DNA of 64,000 nt, taken from an uncultured Chloroflexia bacterium (GTDB lineage Bacteria; Chloroflexota; Limnocylindria; Limnocylindrales; CSP1-4). The notes under the pieces were generated by a model. That model saw only the letters and a list, made by a program, of their open reading frames with translations, did no database searches and was not told where the DNA came from. The position numbers and the translations under genes are program-made. Positions 56,518-64,000 of this stretch are shown one piece after another (within the stretch, counting starts at the first letter, position 1; the number at the start of each line of letters is the position of its first letter). The stretch spans positions 2,427,821-2,491,820 of the forward strand of contig CAVONW010000003.1 in assembly GCA_963697415.1 (NCBI GenBank), written 5' to 3'.

Positions 56518-58488
56518 ATGACCGGGAGGCGCTCGGCCGACGGCTCCCCAGTCATCCTCCACCGCGGGGCCTGGGTCATCCGGAGTCGGCCTGACGGCCG
56601 CATCGTGGGACGCGAGCGTGACGGCTTCTTCGCCGACGATACGAGGATCCTGTCGGTCCTCGAATGGCGGCTCGGCGACCACACCCTGCAGCTGCGCCGG
56701 CGGCGTTTTGGCTCAACAAGCCGAGTCTCATTCCGTGCCTCCGCTGCGGGTGTCGACATCCGGACCGTGCGGTGGCTGGATCTGAGTGGGTGGCATGAGC
56801 ACCTGGTCCTTGCTTCGAGTTTCCCGTTCAGATCGGCCCTCGAACTCCGCCTGGAAGCCGATTTCGCCGATATCTTCGAGGTCCGCGGCCTGGTACCGCC
56901 TCGCGCGCGGGCTGTCGAGGCTCACTGGAATCCAGATGGATCAGGTCTGCGCGTCAGCTATCGGAACGGTGCCTTCGAGGCAGGCCTGACAGTCGACGTT
57001 GACGCAGCAGATTCGTCCCCGGTCCGAACGGACGGAGGTTTGAAGTTCGAGGTCGACGTCCCGGCCAACGGTCAGTGGGGGGCGAGCCTCACCTTCCGCC
57101 CGGCCACGAGCCAGGCGACTGCCACCATCACGCTGGACGATCCAACCATCGGGCCTTCCTCGCGACCGTATCTTCAGCCAGTCCCTGGAACCGAGCGTGC
57201 ATGGAGGCGGGCGCTCCTCGATCTCGAGTCGCTCCGGCTCACGGACGACGATCCTCTCCGACAGGCGGCCGCACCGGCTGCCGGGATCCCGTGGTATGCC
57301 GCGCTCTTCGGTCGGGACGCCCTGATCTGTGCCATCCAGGCCGGAGCGATTCTGCCGGACCTTGCGCGCGGCACGCTCATCAGGCTCGCGGCCCTCCAGG
57401 CCACGGACACTGACCCGGCCCGCGAGATGGAACCCGGCAAGATCCCGCATGAGTACCGCCGAGGTGAGCTCGCCACGCTCGGGTTGATCCCGTTCGGGCC
57501 GTACTACGGCAGCCATGACGCGACGCCGTTGTTCCTCGTCGCACTCTCTGAAGCATGGCGGACGGCCTGCGACGACCAGCTCGTTCGCGACGTCTGGCCG
57601 AACGCTCTACGAGCGCTCGACTGGATCGACCTCGCAGGCGATCGCGATGGCGACGGGCTGCAGGAGTACGCGCCCCGAACACCCGGTGGGTTTCCGAACC
57701 AGGGATGGCGGGACTCCGGTGACGGCATCGTGGACGCCGACGGGCTGATGCCTCATCACCCGATCTCGCTCGCCGAGCATCAGGGCTACGTCTTCGACGC
57801 CCGACTCCGCGCAGCCGAGATGGCTGAGAAGGTCCTCGGCGACCACGCCCTTGCCCGCAAGCTACGGGCTCAGGCAGAGGATCTCCGAAAGCGGTTCGAT
57901 GCATCGATGTGGTGGGACGGCGAGGGCACCTACGCCTTCGGGCTCGATGGCACGAAACGCCAGATCCGATCAGTCACGTCGTGTGGCGGGCACCTGCTGT
58001 GGAGCGGGATCGTATCCCCGGAACGTGCCGGCCTCGTCGCTGACCGGCTGCTGGCCGAGGACCTCTTCTCGGGCTGGGGACTGCGCACGCTGTCTGAGCG
58101 TCATCCGGCCTACGACCCGTTCTCGTATCACCGGGGGAGCGTCTGGCCCCACGACACCGCGATTGCTGTTGCCGGACTCCGCCGCTACGGTTTCGCGGCG
58201 GCTGCCGACCGGCTCGCCGAAGCACTCCTGGAGGCTGCCGATCGATTCCCGCTCGGTAGGTTGCCGGAGGCGTTCTCCGGTCTGCCCCGGACCGGTCGCT
58301 CGCGGCCCGTCCCGCTGCGACCAACGGCCGTGACCCAGGTCGCCTCCTTCGGGCAGACCCGTGATCCCGGCCCGCCCGAGACCGCCGAACTCCTCACGGA
58401 AGCCAATGGCCCCCAGGCCTGGGCGGCCTCCGCCGCGATTTCCCTGATCCTCGGGCGATCCAGGTCGAGGCCCACAGACCCCGCGTGA
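56518..58488 (+). CDS. glycogen-debranching-enzyme-type glycoside hydrolase (GDE_N_bis + amylo-alpha-1,6-glucosidase GDE_C)
   Basis: ...GFFADDTRILS... N-domain and an (alpha/alpha)6 C-domain. ATG 56518. Confidence 0.8.
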   Translation: MTGRRSADGSPVILHRGAWVIRSRPDGRIVGRERDGFFADDTRILSVLEWRLGDHTLQLRRRRFGSTSRVSFRASAAGVDIRTVRWLDLSGWHEHLVLASSFPFRSALELRLEADFADIFEVRGLVPPRARAVEAHWNPDGSGLRVSYRNGAFEAGLTVDVDAADSSPVRTDGGLKFEVDVPANGQWGASLTFRPATSQATATITLDDPTIGPSSRPYLQPVPGTERAWRRALLDLESLRLTDDDPLRQAAAPAAGIPWYAALFGRDALICAIQAGAILPDLARGTLIRLAALQATDTDPAREMEPGKIPHEYRRGELATLGLIPFGPYYGSHDATPLFLVALSEAWRTACDDQLVRDVWPNALRALDWIDLAGDRDGDGLQEYAPRTPGGFPNQGWRDSGDGIVDADGLMPHHPISLAEHQGYVFDARLRAAEMAEKVLGDHALARKLRAQAEDLRKRFDASMWWDGEGTYAFGLDGTKRQIRSVTSCGGHLLWSGIVSPERAGLVADRLLAEDLFSGWGLRTLSERHPAYDPFSYHRGSVWPHDTAIAVAGLRRYGFAAAADRLAEALLEAADRFPLGRLPEAFSGLPRTGRSRPVPLRPTAVTQVASFGQTRDPGPPETAELLTEANGPQAWAASAAISLILGRSRSRPTDPA

Positions 58489-58583
58489 CTTGGGCTCCCG
58501 CGATCGGTCACTTCCGGGTGATTCGAGCAATCGCACCCGTACGCCAGACTTGACCATCCTCGGGTGATGCGTTACTAATACGT

Positions 58584-58605
58584 ATCACTAACGCGCGTTA
58601 GTGAT
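58584..58605 (+). promoter_or_regulatory. perfect 22-bp palindrome ATCACTAACGCGCGTTAGTGAT, a LacI-family-type operator about 55 nt upstream of lacI
   Basis: Perfect inverted repeat, with an upstream related half-site GCGTTACTAA at 58569-58578. Confidence 0.6.
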
Positions 58606-58659
58606 CGCTGGCGCTGCACCACGCCGGCGCGAGAACCCGGAGCGTCGAGAGGAATCTGA

Positions 58660-59697
58660 TTGCCGGTTCGACATCACCGACCGACCAGCGCTGACGTCGC
58701 CGCTCGGGCAGGCGTCTCCAGGACGACCGTGTCCCTCGTGCTCAACGATCGCGGCGCCTCTATCCCCGTGGGCACCCGACAGCGCGTTCTGGAAGCGGCC
58801 CGCGAGCTCGGCTACTTCCCCCACCACGCCGGACGGGGGCTCGCCGGCGGCCGTAGCGACACGCTGGGCTTCGTCCTTCGGCAGACCGCTGCGCAGGTCG
58901 CAGGCGATGCCCTCTTGTCGGAGACGCTGCGCGGCTTCGCCACCGCGGCTCGTGCCGCCAATTGCCGAGTCCTGGTGGAGCCGCTGAGCCCCGGCGATTC
59001 CCGCTACGGCGACCTCGTGCGGTCCGGCCGTGCCGATGGCGCGGTCGTTTCCGGCCCCGTCTTCGACGACCCTGAGCTGGCGGATCTGGTCGACGAAGGC
59101 TTCCCGATCGTGGTCCAGGGCCATCTCCCTGGCCTCGCAGCACCGAGCGTGGATATCGACAACGTCGGCAGCGCCCGGCTCGCCGTGGACCACCTGGTAG
59201 AGCTGGGCCACCGGCAGATCGCGCTCATCACCAACGCGCCGCTCACCTACACGGCTGCAGCCGAGCGGCGGGTCGGGTACCTCGAAGCCCTCGCAGCGGC
59301 CGGCCTGGAGGCAGACGACGGCCTTGTCGAAGAAGGCGACTACGACGCCGCGAGCGGGCAACGGGCGATGGCCCGGATCCTGGCTCGTGCGAGACCCAGT
59401 GCCGTGTTCGTTGCCAGCGATGTCGTCGCACTCGGGGCTATCGGAGCCCTGCGACAGGCGAGCCTTCGCGTTCCCGAGGACGTCTCCGTGGTCGGCTTCG
59501 ACGACATCCCGCTCGCCGGCTATTTCGACCCGCCGCTCACGACGGTCCGACTGCCGGCAAACGCGCTCGGCCTTGCCGCTGGGGAGGCCCTGCTCGATGC
59601 GATCAACGGCCGTGTCGCACCCCTGCGCACGCTTCTCGCCACCCAACTCATCGTCCGGTCGTCGACCGCGCCGCGGTCGGCCCAGAGAGAACCCTGA
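58660..59697 (+). CDS. LacI-family transcriptional regulator
   Basis: N-terminal HTH RPTSADVAARAGVSRTTVSLVLN plus periplasmic-binding-fold effector domain. TTG start with GAGAGGAA RBS. Confidence 0.9.
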   Translation: MPVRHHRPTSADVAARAGVSRTTVSLVLNDRGASIPVGTRQRVLEAARELGYFPHHAGRGLAGGRSDTLGFVLRQTAAQVAGDALLSETLRGFATAARAANCRVLVEPLSPGDSRYGDLVRSGRADGAVVSGPVFDDPELADLVDEGFPIVVQGHLPGLAAPSVDIDNVGSARLAVDHLVELGHRQIALITNAPLTYTAAAERRVGYLEALAAAGLEADDGLVEEGDYDAASGQRAMARILARARPSAVFVASDVVALGAIGALRQASLRVPEDVSVVGFDDIPLAGYFDPPLTTVRLPANALGLAAGEALLDAINGRVAPLRTLLATQLIVRSSTAPRSAQREP

Positions 59698-59727
59698 TCG
59701 GTCGACGACCGCGGGGCCAGGAGGATC

Positions 59728-59747
59728 GGGCCGGGACTTCCCGGCCC
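59728..59747 (+). terminator. GC-rich hairpin (8-bp stem, ACTT loop) between lacI and the ABC-transporter operon
   Basis: gggccggg-actt-cccggccc. No U tract follows; followed by GGAAGGAG RBS and ATG 59766. Confidence 0.3.
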
Positions 59748-59765
59748 GAGGAAGGAGTAGATCAA

Positions 59766-61121
59766 ATGCAGCAGACACGAAACAGCTGGCGGCGGCTGAT
59801 GGCCCTGGGGGCGGTCGTCGTTCTGGTAGCCGTCGCGTGCGGCACCGGCGCGTCCCCGTCGCCATCCACGGCCCCGACAGCCACGTCGCCCGGCGCGGCC
59901 ACACCCGCTCCGACAACCGACGACGGCATGATCGGTGGCACAGTCACCGTGATCGGCACCTGGGGTGGCTCCGAGCAGGAGTCGTTCCTCGCGATGGTGA
60001 AGCCGTTCGAGGACGCGACCGGGGTCAAGGTCGAGTACACCGGTACTCGCGACCTGCTCGCGGTCCTGACCACGGGCGTCGCCTCGGGCATTCTCCCGGA
60101 TCTCGCCGGCATCCCCGGCCCGGGCGAACTCGAGTCCTACTACGCCGCCGGTGCCGTCAAGGCACTCGACGACGTCCTCGACGTCGCGACCTACACGGAC
60201 GAGACCTCGGCCGGCCTGGTCGAGCTCGGCACCGTCGATGGCAAGATCGCCGGCGTCTTCATCAAGGCCGCGGCGAAGGGCCTGATCTGGTACAACCCGA
60301 AGGTCTACACGGGTGGTGTCCCAACCAGCTGGGATGACACGCTGGCCAAGGGCAGTGCCGCGGCCACAGCTCTCGGCGGAAATGCCCGAGCGTGGTGCGT
60401 GGGCCTGGAATCCGGCGCGGCGTCAGGTTGGCCGGGCACGGACTGGATCGAGGACTTCGTTCTCCGCCAGAGCGGCGGCGACGTCTACGATGCGTGGGTT
60501 GCCGGGACCCAGAAGTGGACCTCCTCCGAGATCAAGGCGGCCTTCGAAGCCTTCGGCAAGGTCGTCTCAAGTGACGCCGTCTACGGCGGCCCAACGACGG
60601 CGCTCACGACGAACTTCGGCGACGGCGGCAACCCGCTGTTCACGAGCCCCCCTGGCTGCATCTTCCACCACCAGGCAAGCTTCATCACCGACTTCTTCCA
60701 GAAGCAGGGTGGAGCAACGGCCGACCAGTACGACTTCTTCCTGATGTCGGACATCAATCCCACGTACGCGGGTGCCGTCACCGGCGGCGGAGACCTGTTC
60801 TCCATGTTCAACGACACGCCTCAGGCCCGGGCTCTCATGAAGTACCTCGTCACCGCCGAGGCGCAGTCCATCTGGGTCGGGCGGGGCGGGGCGCTTTCCG
60901 CCAACAAGAACGTCACGAACTACCCGGACGAGGCAAGCATGAAGTCAGGTGAGATCCTCGCCGGCGCGAAGCTCTTCCGGTTCGACGCGTCCGACCTCAT
61001 GCCGGCCGCGATGAACGACGCGTTCTGGAAGGCCATCCTCGACTTCACCCAGGACCCGTCGAAGCTCGACTCGATCCTGTCCAACCTTGACGACATCCAG
61101 TCCAGCGCGTACGGGGGCTGA
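59766..61121 (+). CDS. sugar ABC transporter substrate-binding lipoprotein (family 1 SBP)
   Basis: Lipobox ...LVAVACG. Confidence 0.9.
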   Translation: MQQTRNSWRRLMALGAVVVLVAVACGTGASPSPSTAPTATSPGAATPAPTTDDGMIGGTVTVIGTWGGSEQESFLAMVKPFEDATGVKVEYTGTRDLLAVLTTGVASGILPDLAGIPGPGELESYYAAGAVKALDDVLDVATYTDETSAGLVELGTVDGKIAGVFIKAAAKGLIWYNPKVYTGGVPTSWDDTLAKGSAAATALGGNARAWCVGLESGAASGWPGTDWIEDFVLRQSGGDVYDAWVAGTQKWTSSEIKAAFEAFGKVVSSDAVYGGPTTALTTNFGDGGNPLFTSPPGCIFHHQASFITDFFQKQGGATADQYDFFLMSDINPTYAGAVTGGGDLFSMFNDTPQARALMKYLVTAEAQSIWVGRGGALSANKNVTNYPDEASMKSGEILAGAKLFRFDASDLMPAAMNDAFWKAILDFTQDPSKLDSILSNLDDIQSSAYGG

Positions 61122-61197
61122 CGCCCCCTGACGTTCCCACATCTGACCAGGGTGACCGACGTCACCCTGGTCAGGTACGACCACTGCGGGAGGCGCC

Positions 61198-62169
61198 ATG
61201 GACCCACGGCTCGTCACGGCGATCATCGTCGTGGTCGGCGTCCCGGCCGCGCTGATCGGCTACATCCTGGCAACTGAGCAGATCCTTCGGCTGGCCCCGG
61301 CCAGGTGGCAGGGACGATTGCGCCCCTGGATCTGGCTGGCGCCGGCCCTCGGGTTCCTCGGGGTCTTTCTCATCTATCCGTCCATCTACACGTTCTACTT
61401 GAGCCTGCAGGACAGGTTCTCCAAGACCTTCGTCGGAACAGACAACTACGAGTACTTCTTCACCAATAGCGGCACGATCGGCGCCCTCGTCAACAACGGC
61501 ATCTGGCTGGTCGTCCTGACCGTCCTCGCGGTCGGTCTTGGGCTCCTGATCGCGATCCTGTTCGACCGAGTCCGATATGAGTCGGCAGCCAAGTCACTCG
61601 TCTTCCTGCCACTCGCGATCAGCTTCGTCGCGGCCGGCGTCATCTGGAAGTTCATGTTCCAGTACCGGCCGCCCTCCGAGGCACAGACCGGCACGCTGAA
61701 CGGCATCCTGGCGACGGTCGGCGTGGACCCGATCGCGTGGCTGATCAACTGGCCGTGGAACACGATCGTGCTCATCGTGGCCGCCGCCTGGATCTGGACC
61801 GGGTTCTGCATGGTCATCCTGTCCGGGGCCCTCAAGGGCATCAGCCCCGAGCTCCTCGAGGCCTCGCGCGTGGATGGGGCGAATGAGCTTCAGGTCTTCC
61901 GGAGCATCACCCTGCCCCTGCTCATGCCCACGATCGCGGTCGTCGCAACGACGATGATCATCACGTCGCTCAAGGCCTTCGACATCGTCTACGTCATGAC
62001 CAACGGCGCCTTCGATACCGAGGTCATCGCCAACCGGATGGTCAAGGAGCTGTTCACCTTCGGGCAGCCCGGCCGGGCAAGTGCGGTCGCAATCGTGCTC
62101 CTCGTCCTGGTCGTCCCGATCATGGTCATGAACGTCCGCCGCTTCCGCCAGCAGGAGGCGATCCGATGA
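61198..62169 (+). CDS. sugar ABC transporter permease (MalF/UgpA-like)
   Basis: 6 TM with EAA-type loop (...EASRVDGANELQVFRSITLP...). Confidence 0.9.
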   Translation: MDPRLVTAIIVVVGVPAALIGYILATEQILRLAPARWQGRLRPWIWLAPALGFLGVFLIYPSIYTFYLSLQDRFSKTFVGTDNYEYFFTNSGTIGALVNNGIWLVVLTVLAVGLGLLIAILFDRVRYESAAKSLVFLPLAISFVAAGVIWKFMFQYRPPSEAQTGTLNGILATVGVDPIAWLINWPWNTIVLIVAAAWIWTGFCMVILSGALKGISPELLEASRVDGANELQVFRSITLPLLMPTIAVVATTMIITSLKAFDIVYVMTNGAFDTEVIANRMVKELFTFGQPGRASAVAIVLLVLVVPIMVMNVRRFRQQEAIR

Positions 62170-63053
62170 CGGCACCGGCCGCGGCGAGCGTCGTGTCCCG
62201 AAGCCGGGAACGGCGGTTCCGGTTCGACCGGGCTGGGCTCCACGTGTCGATCGTCGTGATTCTGGTCCTGTGGCTGCTGCCGACGATCGGGATGCTCGTG
62301 AATTCCTTCCGATCGTCCGCGGATGTGAGCGCGTCCGGCTGGTGGACGGCGCTCTTCCCGCCGGCGTCGTTCACCTTCGACAACTACATCCACGTCCTCA
62401 ACCGGAACGGGATCGACCGGGCATTCATCAACAGCCTGTTCATCACGATCCCGGCCACGATCATTCCGGTCTTTGTGGCGGCCTTCGCTGCCTTCGCCTT
62501 CAGCTGGATGAAGTTCCCCGGGCGGGACTGGTTGTTCATCATCGTCGTCGGGCTGCTCGTCGTCCCGCTCCAGGTCACGCTCATTCCGATGCTCCGGCTA
62601 TTCAGGGACCTGGGGATCCAGGGCGAGTTCCTGAGTGTCTGGCTCGCCCACACCGGATACGGGCTTCCCTTCGCCGTGTACCTGCTCCGCAACTACATGG
62701 GTGGGCTGCCCCAGGAGCTCTTCGAGGCGGCCGAGATCGATGGAGCCGGCCCGGCGACCGCCTTCTTCCGGCTCGCGATTCCCATGAGCGTCCCCGCACT
62801 GGCCTCCCTGGCGATCTTCCAGTTCCTGTTCGTCTGGAACGACTTCCTCGTGGCCTTCGTGTACATCGGCGCGACGAACGCCCCGAACCTGCCCCTGACC
62901 GTCCTGATCGCGAACCTGTCGAACTCCCTCGGCGGCGAATGGCAGTTTCTGATGGCGGCCGCGTTCATCTCCATGGCGCTGCCCCTGGCCGTGTTCTTCG
63001 CGCTCCAGCGCTACTTCGTCCGTGGGATCACGGGAGGTGCGGTCAAGGGCTGA
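62166..63053 (+). CDS. sugar ABC transporter permease (MalG/UgpE-like)
   Basis: EAA loop ...EAAEIDGAGPATAFFRLAIP...; 4-nt overlap with the previous permease; no ATPase gene adjacent. Confidence 0.9.
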   Translation: MTAPAAASVVSRSRERRFRFDRAGLHVSIVVILVLWLLPTIGMLVNSFRSSADVSASGWWTALFPPASFTFDNYIHVLNRNGIDRAFINSLFITIPATIIPVFVAAFAAFAFSWMKFPGRDWLFIIVVGLLVVPLQVTLIPMLRLFRDLGIQGEFLSVWLAHTGYGLPFAVYLLRNYMGGLPQELFEAAEIDGAGPATAFFRLAIPMSVPALASLAIFQFLFVWNDFLVAFVYIGATNAPNLPLTVLIANLSNSLGGEWQFLMAAAFISMALPLAVFFALQRYFVRGITGGAVKG

Positions 63054-63078
63054 GCGACAAGGCCCGGACCGTGTGCCG

Positions 63079-64000
63079 TCAGCGAGCCAGGCCTGCTCGC
63101 AATCGGGCGACTGTGGCCGCAAGTTCGGTCTCGCGCGCCCGCACGCCCTCGACGACCGCGGCCGGCGCACTCCGGACGAACGCGTCGTTGCCGAGCCGCG
63201 AGCGAGCAGCCGCAAGGAAACCCTCCGCCTCGGCGAGTTCCCGCTCCAGGCGAACTCGCTCCCGCTGCGCTGCCGCTGGATCGGCGGTCGGCGTGATCCG
63301 GGCTTCGATGTCGCTGGCGATCACTGTCAGCGAACCGAGGCCATCGGTCGTGGCCAGCGCATCGCGAGATCCGTGGAGACGGAGCGGTCGTGCCCGTCCG
63401 AGACGTTCGAGAGCTGGACGGAGATCCTCGAACGCCGCGATCAGCGACGCCGGCCCCGCGACATCCACCGGGAACCACGCCCCAGCCTCGAGCCCAGCCT
63501 CGGCCCGCGCATTCCTGGCTCCACGGACCAGCTCGATCAACGCAGACACGGCCATGTCGGCGAACGGATCGAGCGCCACTGTGGCCGGCCAGTCCGCGAC
63601 GATGAGCAGGTCCGGATCTTCGACGGCATGGGGCAATGAGGCCCACAGGGCCTCGGTCAGGAAGGGCATCACCGGATGCAACAGCCGGAGGTACGTGTCC
63701 AGTGCTTCGACGAGCGTCCACCAGGTGGCCTCGCGGGTCTCGATCGGCAGCGACTCGTCCCCGAGCCGCGTCTTGGCCAGCTCCAGGCCCCAGTCGCAGT
63801 ACTCGCTCCAGACCGCGTCGTACAGGGCCCTCGTGACCTCGCCGAACTGGAGCCCGGCCATCGCGGCATCGACCGTCCCGATCGTGGCCGCCGCCCGCGA
63901 CCGGATCCAGCGCTCGGCCAGGCCGAGATGCGCAGGGTCGGGCGCACGGCGCGGAGTCCCATCCTGGATGGAAGCTGGACGCGCACCGTGCACATACCTC
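63079..64000 (-). CDS. valS: valyl-tRNA synthetase, C-terminal part (anticodon-binding domain + coiled coil); gene continues beyond window end
   Basis: ...LGNDAFVRSAPAAVVEGVRARETELAATVARLRAGLAR is the ValRS C-terminal coiled coil. Confidence 0.8.
   Translation of the reverse strand, partial: RYVHGARPASIQDGTPRRAPDPAHLGLAERWIRSRAAATIGTVDAAMAGLQFGEVTRALYDAVWSEYCDWGLELAKTRLGDESLPIETREATWWTLVEALDTYLRLLHPVMPFLTEALWASLPHAVEDPDLLIVADWPATVALDPFADMAVSALIELVRGARNARAEAGLEAGAWFPVDVAGPASLIAAFEDLRPALERLGRARPLRLHGSRDALATTDGLGSLTVIASDIEARITPTADPAAAQRERVRLERELAEAEGFLAAARSRLGNDAFVRSAPAAVVEGVRARETELAATVARLRAGLAR

Overview
High-GC (about 65-75% by eye) bacterial chromosome segment. Most genes are housekeeping and actinobacterial in character: ppa and ftsH lie close together, there is an FhaA-FhaB-RodA-PbpA cell-wall cluster, MurJ, an F420-type deazaflavin nitroreductase homolog, an ECF42-type sigma factor with its DGPF partner, and serA with a class-V aminotransferase. 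Coding density is about 90%, and most long alternative-frame ORFs in the track are Arg-rich artefacts of the GC content. I found no transposase, integrase, CRISPR array or rRNA. Features that stand out: (1) an SOS/Cheo-type LexA box immediately upstream of an mrfA-mrfB-like helicase/exonuclease pair; (2) a solitary AdnAB/AddB-like UvrD-helicase/Fe-S PD-(D/E)xK nuclease gene next to a DUF4446 gene; (3) a small patch (about 31.6-35.5 kb) containing an Mrr type IV restriction gene flanked by genes with apparent frameshifts (a deazaflavin-dependent nitroreductase, and rarA broken twice), plus a possible frameshifted small coiled-coil/TM ORF; (4) a membrane-sensor/PAS/GAF/EAL gene whose 5' third shows at least four frame breaks; (5) an orphan DnaB-C-terminal (RecA-fold) ATPase that looks lower in GC; (6) an operon of zinc-ribbon proteins (hypothetical, FmdB), an HTH_17 protein and YihY, with a divergent double-zinc-ribbon protein behind a consensus TATAAT; (7) an FHA cell-wall cluster lacking the PstP phosphatase and PknA/B kinases; (8) a hyper-acidic small protein with a strong RBS; (9) a perfect 22-bp palindromic operator upstream of a lacI-family gene next to a sugar ABC transporter and a glycogen-debranching-type enzyme. 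No single obviously novel multi-gene system is proven here; the candidates above are ranked by interest in the findings.
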